Positions 8,941-18,608 of a stretch of 32,000 bases of DNA are shown here, piece by piece (positions within the stretch are counted from its first letter, which is position 1; every line of letters begins with the position of its first letter). The DNA is from Xanthomonas campestris pv. campestris str. ATCC 33913. GTDB taxonomy: Bacteria > Pseudomonadota > Gammaproteobacteria > Xanthomonadales > Xanthomonadaceae. Below the pieces are notes generated by a model. The model saw only the letters and a list, made by a program, of their open reading frames with translations. It searched no databases and was not told the origin of the DNA. The DNA lies in assembly GCF_000007145.1 (NCBI RefSeq), contig NC_003902.1:907436-939435 (forward strand), in the 5' to 3' direction. The translations under genes and the position numbers were made by a program.

Positions 8941-9251
8941 ACGCGACGCCGCGCTGCCAAGCCGTACCATGGCTGATCGCACCGCGAGCATTTTTTCAAG
9001 CGAGCGGAGATATCCGAATTCCGCCGTTTATTAGGGGCGGCATTGAGGCGAATTTTTTATCGTCAATGAAGGTCACGGTCCGAACATCGCTACGCCGATA
9101 CGGAACAGATCGATCTGCGCCAACAGGCTGTCCGCCATTAGCGCGACATGTGTGGCCGGTGACGACGCTACGTTGGCGATCGCCTGGAAACCCGGCAACG
9201 CCGTTCCTTCCGCCATCGACCACAACCGGCGGTGCTTGTGCGCGTGCCGGC

Positions 9252-9315
9252 GCGGGATCCTATGCGGCATGGGTCCCGCATGGGAATCTACATGGACGTA
9301 CTTGCGGCGTGTCCC
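9252..9315. repeat. REP-like element (unit 2, inverted orientation)
   Basis: Its reverse complement, gggacacgccgcaagtacgtccatgtagattcccatgcgggacccatgccgcataggatcccgc, aligns by eye with unit 1 at about two-thirds of positions. Confidence 0.5.
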
Positions 9316-9414
9316 ATGCCGGCATGCGTGCAAGCGCCTTCGCTATCCGAAGCCGTCGCACATCACTTGCAGGCGTCGCGCGTAAGACTGTGCGGTGTAC
9401 GGCATCCGAAGACG

Positions 9415-9467
9415 GGGACACGCCGCGCCTCCATCGCTACAAGTTCACCAGCGGCGTCCATGCCGCC
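9415..9467. repeat. REP-like element (unit 3, partial)
   Basis: gggacacgccgcgcctccatcgc...gcggcgtccatgccgcc shares the terminal blocks of units 1 and 2. Confidence 0.4.
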
Positions 9468-9502
9468 AAAACGCAAATGGGCCGCATCAGCGGCCCATTT
9501 GC
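9466..9502 (-). terminator. Rho-independent terminator of metK
   Basis: Perfect 13-bp stem gcaaatgggccgc / gcggcccatttgc with a 4-nt loop (9473-9502). On the minus strand it is followed by GTTTTGG. It sits 34 nt downstream of the metK stop. Confidence 0.8.
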
Positions 9503-9535
9503 ATTACCAAGCACGCTCCCGAGGAAGCAGCCGGC

Positions 9536-10747
<1,212 letters not shown>

Positions 10748-10981
10748 CAGGCTTATATCCCTTAATTCGGATGAAAAGATGGGTGCGGATGATACACGCC
10801 CACGGTGACCGTTGCATTGTGCGCCTGAACGGGCATCGGTGGGGTTAAGCCACGTCGATTGGCCGCAGCGGCCAGGGCGAGGGTAGGTGATTTGCACCTG
10901 CATGCGGGGCCGGTGTCAGACATCCCCGCGTCGGGCCTCGGCGGCACCGCGCAAGCAGGTTCGGCCTGCTAGCATCCGGCG

Positions 10982-12073
10982 ATGGATTCCTTGACCCAGA
11001 TCGTACTCGGCGGCGCGATTGCCGCCGCCATCGCGCCGGCCGGTCAGCGTCGCGCGGCCTTGCTGGCCGGCGCGGCGCTGGGCACCTTGCCCGACCTCGA
11101 CTCGCTGGCGCTGCTGCCGCTCACCGACGACCCGGTCACCCTGATGACCGTGCACCGCAGTGTCAGCCATTCGCTGTTCGTGCTGCCGCTGGTGGGCTGG
11201 CTGATCTGGTGGCTGTTTCGGCGCTATGGCGACGGCCGCGTGGCCGGTGCGCCCAAGCGTTGGTTCTGGGCGATCCAGCTGGCCTTGATCACCCATCCGC
11301 TACTGGACGCCTTCACCGTGTACGGCACCCAGCTGTGGTGGCCGCTACACCCGCATCCGGCCATGTGGTCGAGTGTGTTCATCATCGACCCGGCCTACAC
11401 GCTGTGGCTGCTGCTGGCCTGCGCGGTGGCCTGGTTTGCGCGCGCACGGCCGCTGGCCCAGCGTGCGTTGGTTGCCGGGCTGGTGCTGAGCTCGGCCTAC
11501 CTGGGCTGGTCGCTGCTGGCCAAGCAGCTGGTCGACCAGGAGGCCGACCGCGCGCTCGCTGCGCTGGGGCTGGGCGATGCGCCGCGCTTCTCGGTGCCGA
11601 TGCCGCTCAACACGCTGCTGTGGCGGGTGGTGGCGATGACCCCGAATGGCTACGTGATTGGCGAGCGTTCGCTGGTGGCCGATAGCGGCCCGATGCAGTT
11701 CCGCGGTTTTTCCAGCAATACCCAGGCGCTGGGCGAGGTGGCTGCGTTCGACTCGGTGCGCCGGCTCACCTGGTTCAATCGCGGCTTCATGCGCGCACGG
11801 CTGGTTGACGACGACCTGATGCTCAGTGACCTGCGCATGGGCCTGGAGCCGGACTACAACTTCAACTTCGTGGTCGCCCATCGCGATGGTGGGCAATGGA
11901 AGCCGATCGTGCCGCGCCAGGTCCAGGCGGCGTACCGTGCGCCGGTGGCGCGCGACCAGATCGGCGCGGTGCTGGCACAGATGTGGTACCGCATCTGGCA
12001 CGCGCCAACTGGCAAGGCGCTGACCGGCGATCTGGATGACAGCGCTGCGCCGGCCTCGGCCAAGGTGCAATAA
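10982..12073 (+). CDS. Membrane-bound metal-dependent hydrolase family protein (DUF457/YdjM-like)
   Basis: 363-aa ORF divergent from metK. The N-terminus MDSLTQIVLGGAIAAA...LPDLDSL...HRSVSHSL is typical of the DUF457 family. Several TM segments are followed by a soluble C-terminal half. Confidence 0.75.
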   Translation: MDSLTQIVLGGAIAAAIAPAGQRRAALLAGAALGTLPDLDSLALLPLTDDPVTLMTVHRSVSHSLFVLPLVGWLIWWLFRRYGDGRVAGAPKRWFWAIQLALITHPLLDAFTVYGTQLWWPLHPHPAMWSSVFIIDPAYTLWLLLACAVAWFARARPLAQRALVAGLVLSSAYLGWSLLAKQLVDQEADRALAALGLGDAPRFSVPMPLNTLLWRVVAMTPNGYVIGERSLVADSGPMQFRGFSSNTQALGEVAAFDSVRRLTWFNRGFMRARLVDDDLMLSDLRMGLEPDYNFNFVVAHRDGGQWKPIVPRQVQAAYRAPVARDQIGAVLAQMWYRIWHAPTGKALTGDLDDSAAPASAKVQ

Positions 12074-12234
12074 CACCGGTCTCGCGCTACGGCTTTATGC
12101 GGCTGCGCGGCGCATCTGCGATGTGCCATGCATGACGATGCGATCAGGTGTGGCTGCATTTGCGGAAAGGTGACTAGCCTGCTGGTGTGCGCCGCGTGGT
12201 CTTCGCGCGGCGACCGCAAACACGGTGAACTGGC

Positions 12235-13233
12235 TCAGGCAGCAGCGTGCAGCGGCGGCGGCACGCCGGCAATCAAGGCGTCGAAGTAATCGCGGGTCAG
12301 TGCCAGCTGCGCCTCGGGTGTTTCGGCGCGATTGACCACTGCGCGGAAGTCCGCACTCTGCGGATGATCCTTCGCATACCACCCCAGATGCTTGCGCGCG
12401 ATGCGCACGCCCTGCGGCTGCCCGTAGAAGGCGTGCAGCGCTTCCAGATGCCCGAGCAAGGTGTCGCGCACGAAGGCCAGCGATGGCGGCGGCAGCAACG
12501 CGCCGGTCGCCAGGTAATGCGCTACCTCGCCAAAGATCCACGGCCGGCCCTGCGCAGCGCGGCCAATCATCACCGCGTCCACGCCGGTGTCGCGCAGCAC
12601 CTGCGCGGCCTTCTGCGGCGAATCGATATCGCCGTTGGCGATCACCGGAATCTGTAGCGCGGCCTTGATCTGCGCGATGGTGGCGTACTCGGCCGTACCG
12701 GTGTAATGCTGGTCGCGGGTGCGCCCATGCACGGCCAGCGCGGCGATGCCGCAATCCTGCGCGATGCGTGCGATGGTCGGACCGTTGCGGTGGTCGCAGT
12801 CCCAGCCGGTACGGATCTTCAAGGTCACCGGCACATCCACCGCACGCACCACCGCGCTCAGGATGCGTGCCACCAGGTCTTCATCGCGCATCAGCGCCGA
12901 GCCGGCCCAGGCATTGCAGACCTTCTTGGCCGGGCAGCCCATGTTGATATCAATCAGCTGCGCGCCGTGGTCGACGTTGTAGCGCGCCGCTTCGGCCAGC
13001 TGCTGCGGTTCGGTACCGGCGATCTGCACGCTGATCGGATCCGGCTCGCCGGCATGGTCCATGCGATGCAGCGATTTGCGCGTGCCCCAGAACCGCGGAT
13101 CGGAGATGGTCATCTCCGACACCGCCAGGCCCGCACCCAGCCGCTTGCACAGCAAGCGGAACGGCTTGTCGGTGACGCCCGCCATGGGGGCGAGGATCAC
13201 CTTGGGGGCGATGGTGTAGGGGCCGATCTGCAT
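12235..13233 (-). CDS. dusB: tRNA-dihydrouridine synthase B
   Basis: Internal ATG at 13233 gives MQIGPYTIAPKVILAPMAGVTDKPFRLLCKRLGAGLAVSEM. Dus motifs GCPAKKV, LKIRTGWD and HGRTR are present. The product is 332 aa. The upstream 136 codons of the ORF run through repeats and are not coding. Confidence 0.93.
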   Translation of the reverse strand: MQIGPYTIAPKVILAPMAGVTDKPFRLLCKRLGAGLAVSEMTISDPRFWGTRKSLHRMDHAGEPDPISVQIAGTEPQQLAEAARYNVDHGAQLIDINMGCPAKKVCNAWAGSALMRDEDLVARILSAVVRAVDVPVTLKIRTGWDCDHRNGPTIARIAQDCGIAALAVHGRTRDQHYTGTAEYATIAQIKAALQIPVIANGDIDSPQKAAQVLRDTGVDAVMIGRAAQGRPWIFGEVAHYLATGALLPPPSLAFVRDTLLGHLEALHAFYGQPQGVRIARKHLGWYAKDHPQSADFRAVVNRAETPEAQLALTRDYFDALIAGVPPPLHAAA

Positions 13234-13248
13234 GCGGGCATTGTAGCT

Positions 13249-13283
13249 GGGGTGGGGAAGGGAGTCGGGAATGGGGGTTGGGG
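13249..13283 (+). repeat. G-tract cluster (six G3-5 runs), a degenerate relative of the C-rich heptamer VNTR
   Basis: ggggtggggaagggagtcgggaatgggggttgggg. The complement reads ccccaacccccattcccgactcccttccccacccc. It lies 16 nt upstream of the dusB ATG. Confidence 0.7.
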
Positions 13284-13446
13284 AATCGTAAGAGCGCTTG
13301 CGGGCTTCGGCCTGAGCGATTGCTAGGAGTCGTTCGAGCGATGTCGGCGTGATTGGCAAAGTGCGACGTGTAGAGGACGACAGTGGCGGGAGTATTGGTT
13401 GGCCGTACCTCACTCCAACTGTGCTGTGGAGTTGACTGTCTTCCGT

Positions 13447-13621
13447 CGTACCCTCACCCCAACCCCCGCTTCGCGCCCCTGCCCGCGCTTGCGGCGCGGG
13501 CGCTCCAAGGCACACGCGCCACTGGCGCGAAAGCAGCGCCTTTTCGCCCCGCGGGGAGAGGGACTTCTCCATCCTTCTCCCCTCGGAAGAAGCTGGCGCG
13601 TCAGCGCCGGATGAGGGTACG
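13447..13621. repeat. MITE/REP-like element bounded by 10-bp terminal inverted repeats
   Basis: cgtaccctca (13447-13456) is the exact reverse complement of tgagggtacg (13612-13621). The interior has GC-rich palindromes (gcccgcgcttgcggcgcgggc, ccccgcgggg) and no coding signal. Confidence 0.4.
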
Positions 13622-13791
13622 GGCGCCCGACGCTGCATCATGCCTCGCCTCCTTACCCGAGCGACTGTCCGAGGAAGAAGACCGAAGTTCCGCTGGGAGC
13701 GCGGTTCGCAGCATCCGTCGGCAGACAGGTCTCAACATGCCGTTCGCCAATCAAAAACAGTCTCTAACATGCAGGCCAATGCCCTGAACGC

Positions 13792-13819
13792 AAAAGGCGA
13801 CCGCATCGCTGCGGTCGCC
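13792..13819 (-). terminator. Rho-independent terminator of the nucleoside transporter-ribokinase operon
   Basis: 9-bp stem ggcgaccgc / gcggtcgcc with a 6-nt loop. On the minus strand it is followed by TTTTGCGTT. It sits 25 nt downstream of the ribokinase stop. Confidence 0.8.
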
Positions 13820-13844
13820 TTCGTCGTCGCGTAAAGCGTGCGGC

Positions 13845-14801
13845 TCACACCGCCGGTTCGGGCACCATGCGCGGCATTGAGGTCGCCGCGCCTTCCACTT
13901 CGGTGGAGCGTGCGGCGTAGCGCGTGGCAAAGCGCACGTGGGTGATGAAGCTTGCATTGGGCGAGTGCGCCAGCGAAGCCACCAGCGCGCCGTTGAAGGC
14001 ATCGCCAGCACCGGTGGTATCCACCGTCTGCGCGCTTTCCGCGCCCACGCGGTAATGCGCCTGGGTGTCGCCGCGCAGCTGTTCTTCGGCGTGCGAAATG
14101 AAGGCGCCCACCGCACCCAGCGTCACCACCACGGTGCCGCCCGGCAGCAGCTTGCGGCACAGCGAATGCAGCGTATTGCCGTCCAGCGCCGCCACATCGT
14201 CGGCGTTGATGCGCTCGCCAACGTGGCGGCCGAGCAGCGCAGCAAACTCGGTTTCGTTCGGCGTCAATACGTCGGAGAGCTTGAGCAGGCTGATCGAGGT
14301 CGGCGCGTTGGCCGGCGCGGCGTTGAGCACGGTGAGCACACCGCATTCGCGTGCCAGCGCCAGCGCCGATTCCACCGTTTCGGCCGGCGATTCCAGCTGC
14401 GCCAGCAGCACGCGCGCCGAGGTCACCAGCGCGCGCTGGTTGTCGACAAACCCGGCGCTCAGCACCGAATTGGCGCCGGCACCGATCACGATGGTGTTGC
14501 GGCCATGCGCGTCGACATAGATGCCGCCGGTGCCGGTGGGCTCATTGCTGGGCTCGGCGATCAGCGCAAACCCGTCTTGCGCGGCCAGCGAACGCGCCAG
14601 TGCACCGCCGGCATCGTCGCCCAGCGCGCACAGGAAGTGCGTCTTGGCGCCGGCACGTGCGGCTGCAACGGCCTGGTTGAACCCCTTGCCGCCGGGACCA
14701 GTGCTGTAGCGACCGGCGATGGTGGCGCCCGGCGCGGGCAGGGCATCACAGCGCCACACGTGATCGACATTGAAGGACCCGACAACGACGACCGAACTCA
14801 T
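13845..14801 (-). CDS. rbsK: Ribokinase (PfkB family carbohydrate kinase)
   Basis: 318 aa. The N-terminus VVVGSFNVDHV...GPGGKGFNQAVAAARAGA and the C-terminal VDTTGAGDAFNGALV are the two PfkB/ribokinase signatures. Confidence 0.88.
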   Translation of the reverse strand: MSSVVVVGSFNVDHVWRCDALPAPGATIAGRYSTGPGGKGFNQAVAAARAGAKTHFLCALGDDAGGALARSLAAQDGFALIAEPSNEPTGTGGIYVDAHGRNTIVIGAGANSVLSAGFVDNQRALVTSARVLLAQLESPAETVESALALARECGVLTVLNAAPANAPTSISLLKLSDVLTPNETEFAALLGRHVGERINADDVAALDGNTLHSLCRKLLPGGTVVVTLGAVGAFISHAEEQLRGDTQAHYRVGAESAQTVDTTGAGDAFNGALVASLAHSPNASFITHVRFATRYAARSTEVEGAATSMPRMVPEPAV

Positions 14802-14881
14802 AAATACCTGCTTGCTTGAATGACTAAGATGACACGTGGCGTGCAGTGATTAGACCGGCACGCCGATGAACCGGCGCCGCC

Positions 14882-16180
14882 TCACCCGAAGTGCGACAGC
14901 ACCCCGGCAATGGTAGCGGTCATGAACGTGGCGATCGAACCGCCGAGCACCGCGCGCAGGCCGAACTTGGCCAGATCGTGACGGCGTTCCGGTGCCAGGC
15001 CGCCGATCCCGCCGATCTGGATCGCGATCGAGCTGAAGTTGGCGAAGCCGCACAGCGCATAGGTGGCGATCAGCCGGCCTTCTTCGCTCAGGCGCACGCC
15101 GGGTACCTGGCCCTTCACGATCTGCGACAGCTCGGTGTAGGCGACGAACTCATTGATCACCACCTTCTGCCCGATCAGCGAACCGACCGTGGTCGCGTCC
15201 GCCCACGGCGTGCCGATCACCCAGGCCACCGGTGCGAGCACGTAGCCGAAGATGGTCGACAGGTTGGTCGGGCGGCCCAGCGCGGCGGCCGCGCCGGTGA
15301 TCTCGCCCAGCCAGGTGAGCGGTGCGTTGATCAGCGCGATCAGCGCAATGAAGGCCAGCAGCATCGCGCCGATGTTCAGCGCCAGGCGCAGGCCATCGCC
15401 CGCGCCGGCCGCGGCCGCGTCGATGACGTTGCTGGTGGTCTTTTCCACTTCCATCTTGACCGTGCCGCGGGTCAGCGGGGTGCCAGTTTCCGGCACCAGC
15501 AGCTTGGCCACCACCAGCGTTGCCGGCGCGGCCATGATGCTGGCAGCCAGCAGATGCTTGGCGTAGAACGCCTGCTGCGCCGGGTCGCTGCCACCGAGCA
15601 TGCCCACGTACGCGGCCAACACGCCGCCGGCGATGTGCGCCATGCCGCCGATCATCATGGTCAGCAGCTCGGACTGGGTCATCTTCGGGATATACGGGCG
15701 CACCGTCAGCGGCGCCTCGGTCTGGCCGATGAACACGCTGGCGCACACGCTGGTGGTTTCGGCGCCGGACACGCGCATCACCTTGGTGATCGCCCACGCC
15801 ATCGCCCGCACGATCACCTGCATCACACCCAGGTGGTAGAGCACGCCCATCAGCGCGGAGAAAAAGATGATGGTGGGCAATACCTGGAACGCAAAGATGA
15901 AGCCGTAGCTGTCGATGTTCATCAGGTTGCCGAAAATGAAGGTGGACCCCTCATTGACGAAGCTCAGCACCTTCACGAACCCCTTGCCCAGCGAGTCGAA
16001 TACGTCGCGTCCACCCGGCACCAGCAACACCAGCGCGGCGAACGAGATCTGCAACAACAGGCCGGTGGCGACCAGCTTCCAGTCGATCGCACGGCGGTTG
16101 GTCGAAAACAGCCAGGTAATGCCGATAAGCACCACCAGACCGAACAGGCCGAACCCGATCCTCCCCAAACCTTCGACCAT
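14882..16180 (-). CDS. nupC: Concentrative nucleoside transporter (NupC/NupG-CNT family)
   Basis: 432-aa polytopic membrane protein. It has an N-terminal NupC-like segment (STNRRAIDWKLVATGLLLQISFAALVL) and conserved C-terminal domain motifs (GFANFSSIAIQIGG). It lies 80 nt upstream of rbsK on the same strand. Confidence 0.85.
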   Translation of the reverse strand: MVEGLGRIGFGLFGLVVLIGITWLFSTNRRAIDWKLVATGLLLQISFAALVLLVPGGRDVFDSLGKGFVKVLSFVNEGSTFIFGNLMNIDSYGFIFAFQVLPTIIFFSALMGVLYHLGVMQVIVRAMAWAITKVMRVSGAETTSVCASVFIGQTEAPLTVRPYIPKMTQSELLTMMIGGMAHIAGGVLAAYVGMLGGSDPAQQAFYAKHLLAASIMAAPATLVVAKLLVPETGTPLTRGTVKMEVEKTTSNVIDAAAAGAGDGLRLALNIGAMLLAFIALIALINAPLTWLGEITGAAAALGRPTNLSTIFGYVLAPVAWVIGTPWADATTVGSLIGQKVVINEFVAYTELSQIVKGQVPGVRLSEEGRLIATYALCGFANFSSIAIQIGGIGGLAPERRHDLAKFGLRAVLGGSIATFMTATIAGVLSHFG

Positions 16181-16636
16181 TCCAATCCCCGGGCTGCTGA
16201 CGGCAAAACGGGAAGCCTAGAGCAGGGGGTGTCGGTGGGCAAGGCGAGGGGTGTTCAGACGCCGCCGCCGGCCGCAGAGCGTGGCGCATCGGGCAGGGCG
16301 ATCGCGCTCCGTGCCGCGGTGCCGGCGGCTGTGCGCAAATCGGCCGGTACGCTGCGGGTGCTGGCGCATGGCGTGAAGGGGGGAATGCGGCGCGCTGATG
16401 GCCTCCAAGAGCGTGCGTTCGAGTGAGCGGAGCATGTGTGCAATCAAGCGAAATGCCTTGAAGCGCCGAGGTGACGCCTGGAAGAAGTGGAGGTGGATGC
16501 CGGCAGCCGCGCATGCGTGCAACCCGGACCCACATCCAGGCGGCGTCCGCCTGCTGGCCACCAAGCTGCCCACACATCCGGGCAGCCCCGCCTCGTCACA
16601 TGCCTGGCTGGCTCGCAGCCAAGCTGCAACGCTGCA

Positions 16637-16699
16637 CCCGATTCCCGATTCCCGATTCCCGATTCCCGATTCCCCAATCCCCAATCCCCAATCCCCAAT
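16637..16699. repeat. Compound heptanucleotide VNTR (4x CCCGATT + 5x CCCCAAT)
   Basis: Counted directly. It ends 77 nt upstream of the aldo/keto reductase ATG, inside the divergent nupC/AKR intergenic region. Confidence 0.95.
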
Positions 16700-16776
16700 C
16701 CCCAATCCAACGCCATCTCCTACACTGCGCACGCCGGTCCGGGGCGCGGTGCGCCGGAGGCTGCTGGAGTCTGCCA

Positions 16777-17745
16777 ATGCATTACCGTCGTCTGGGATCC
16801 ACCGGGCTGCAATTGTCGGCCTTGTCGTTCGGTGCCTGGGTCACCTTTGGCAAGCAGATCGGCCGCAGCGAGGCGCGCAACCTGATCGCCGCAGCGTGGG
16901 ACAACGGGATCAATTTCTTCGACAACGCCGAGGTCTATGCACGCGGGCGCGCCGAGGAGGTCATGGGCGATGTGATCGGCGACCTGCGGCTGCCGCGCGA
17001 TGGCTACTGCGTGTCCAGCAAGGTGTTCTTCGGTGCGGTGGACGACCCGCGGCCCACCCAGCGCGGGTTGTCGCGCAAGCACGTCACCGACGCCTGCCAT
17101 GCCGCGTTGCGCCGGCTGCGGGTGGATTACCTGGACCTGTACTTCTGCCACCGGCCCGACCCGGACACCCCGATCCAGGAAACCGTACGTGCCATGGACG
17201 CGCTGATCCGCCAGGGCAAGGTGCTGTACTGGGGCACCTCCGAGTGGAGCGCCGAGCAGCTGCGCACTGCGCTGGAGATCGCCGCGCGCGAACACCTGCA
17301 TGCGCCGGCGATGGAGCAGCCGGAGTACAACCTGCTGCACCGCAGCCGCCTGGAGCAGGAATACGCGCCGCTGTGCGAGGCCGGCCTGGGCACCACGATC
17401 TGGTCGCCGTTGGCCTCTGGCCTGTTGACCGGCAAGTACAACGCCGGCGTGGATGCCGACAGCCGCCTGGGCCAGCCCGGCAATGCCTGGCTGCAGGACG
17501 AAGTGCTGGGCACGCCGGAAAGCCGACGGCTCGAGCGCGCGCGTGCATTCAGCGCCGTGGCGGCCGAGCTGGGGCAGTCGCCGGCGCGGCTTGCCATCGC
17601 CTGGTGCCTGCGCAACCCGCATGTGTCCACGGTGATCCTGGGCGCCAGCCGGGTCGCGCAACTGGAAGAAAACCTGGCTGCATTGCAGACCCTGGAGCAG
17701 GTGGATGCCGCCGGCTGGGCGCAGGTGGACGCGGCGACGCGGTGA
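16777..17745 (+). CDS. Aldo/keto reductase (Kv-beta-subunit-like AKR)
   Basis: Internal ATG at 16777, with ggag 8 nt upstream, gives MHYRRLGSTGLQLSALSFGAWVTFG. Motifs FFDNAEVYARGRAEEVMG, YLDLYFCHRPD and GASRVAQLEENL are present. The product is 322 aa. The upstream part of ORF 16471 only translates the VNTR. Confidence 0.9.
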   Translation: MHYRRLGSTGLQLSALSFGAWVTFGKQIGRSEARNLIAAAWDNGINFFDNAEVYARGRAEEVMGDVIGDLRLPRDGYCVSSKVFFGAVDDPRPTQRGLSRKHVTDACHAALRRLRVDYLDLYFCHRPDPDTPIQETVRAMDALIRQGKVLYWGTSEWSAEQLRTALEIAAREHLHAPAMEQPEYNLLHRSRLEQEYAPLCEAGLGTTIWSPLASGLLTGKYNAGVDADSRLGQPGNAWLQDEVLGTPESRRLERARAFSAVAAELGQSPARLAIAWCLRNPHVSTVILGASRVAQLEENLAALQTLEQVDAAGWAQVDAATR

Positions 17746-18191
17746 AGCGGCACGGCTGAGACGTCGCAGCGCTTGGTGGCGGTGTTGGGGTCCTGGCGAG
17801 CGGGTGGTTTGTTTCCGGAACGGCTTGGCCGCTGGCGTCGAGCGCATCGTGCCGCCCAGGCCGGTTTGGACGCACGCACGGCCTGCGCGCGTCCCCAATT
17901 CCGCCCGCAGACCCGGCGCTGAGCGGCTGTGCCGGTCAGCTGGTGCGAGCGCTGCGCGCCGCATCGATGACAAGCCGTACATCGTTGCCACAGTTAGGTG
18001 GCCATGACCGCAAGGAAGCCAAGTCCGGGGGCAGCGTCATTGCCTGCGCACTGCCGCCATCCAGGTCTCGTCGCCGCAAGCCCGATGGGGCATACGAGAT
18101 GCGCTTCATTGCGCACACGTACGCCAAAATGCCGAGCTTCGATTGACAGTTCCAATCGAAAACATGACCCAATGCAAAGATCCAGCCATCC

Positions 18192-18237
18192 AAATGAGAA
18201 TGGCTCTTGATCAATAAATGAGAATGGTTATTATTTG
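18192..18237 (+). promoter_or_regulatory. Putative Fur box(es) overlapping a sigma70-like promoter of the hemP operon
   Basis: An AT-rich island in GC-rich DNA. The direct repeat AAATGAGAATGG occurs at 18192 and 18216. ATAAATGAGAATGGTTATT matches the GATAATGATAATCATTATC Fur consensus at 12/19 positions. Candidate -35 TTGATC (18207-12) and -10 TATTAT (18229-34) have 16-nt spacing. A GGAGA RBS sits at 18253-57. Confidence 0.6.
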
Positions 18238-18265
18238 TCTGGCCAACCGACTGGAGATCCAGATC

Positions 18266-18463
18266 ATGACCGCTCATCCCGTGCTGCTCCGCTCCGAACC
18301 GGTCAACCTGCGCGACCGCGCTGCGCCGCGTGCCGTTCCTGCCGAAGACCTCTTCAGCAGCGAGGCGCTGCTCAAGGGCCGTCGCGAAGTGCTGATCCAG
18401 CATGGCGACCGCATCTATCGCCTGCGCCACACCAGCAACGACAAGCTGATCCTGACCAAGTAA
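18266..18463 (+). CDS. hemP: Hemin uptake protein HemP family (small regulator)
   Basis: ATG 18266 follows GGAGA. The 65-aa product ends HGDRIYRLRHTSNDKLILTK, matching the HemP C-terminal signature (Y-x-L-R-x-T-x-x-G/D-K-L-I/L-L-T-K). Confidence 0.85.
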   Translation: MTAHPVLLRSEPVNLRDRAAPRAVPAEDLFSSEALLKGRREVLIQHGDRIYRLRHTSNDKLILTK

Positions 18464-18608
18464 GTCCTGGCGAAGGCCGCGCCTGCGCGCGCCTTCCGCT
18501 GCCTGCCACGGGCGTTGCCATCGCCGTCCGTGCGTTCTCTCTCCACCCTCGGCTAACGGTCGCGGCGATTGCCGTCTGCGTGGCCGAGGGTTCTCCCAAA
18601 GGTTACCG

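Noticed and set aside
10748-10981. The 234-nt metK leader / divergent intergenic region as a possible SAM riboswitch. It contains GGTGCAAATCACC and a GGCCGCTGCGGCC hairpin.
   Set aside because: I could not align it to the SAM-I core (no GAGGGA...GCAACC...AGA closing helix), or to what I recall of SAM-II. Only an Infernal/Rfam scan could settle it, and the evidence is too weak to call.
12190-12212. GC hairpin (cgccgcg ... cgcggcg) between the convergent DUF457 and dusB genes, as a possible bidirectional terminator.
   Set aside because: The stem is short (7 bp), the loop is 9 nt and there is no flanking T/A run on either strand, so it is not a convincing intrinsic terminator.
16471-16776. N-terminal extensions of ORFs in the track, for example AKR from 16471, dusB to 13641, metK to 10903, TBDR from 4352, OmpA-like from 2280, and tesA frame from 30162.
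   Set aside because: The extensions run through VNTRs or REPs, or overlap neighbouring genes. Family alignments (recalled N-termini of MetK, DusB, TesA and AKRs), signal peptides and RBS positions support the internal starts.
17936-18109. 57-codon minus-strand ORF (MKRISYAPSGLRRRDLDGG...) divergent from hemP; also the 301-aa ORF 17936-18841.
   Set aside because: The long version overlaps hemP and the TBDR start. The short version has only moderate GC3 (about 70%), no RBS and no recognisable motif. It was not worth calling without conservation data.
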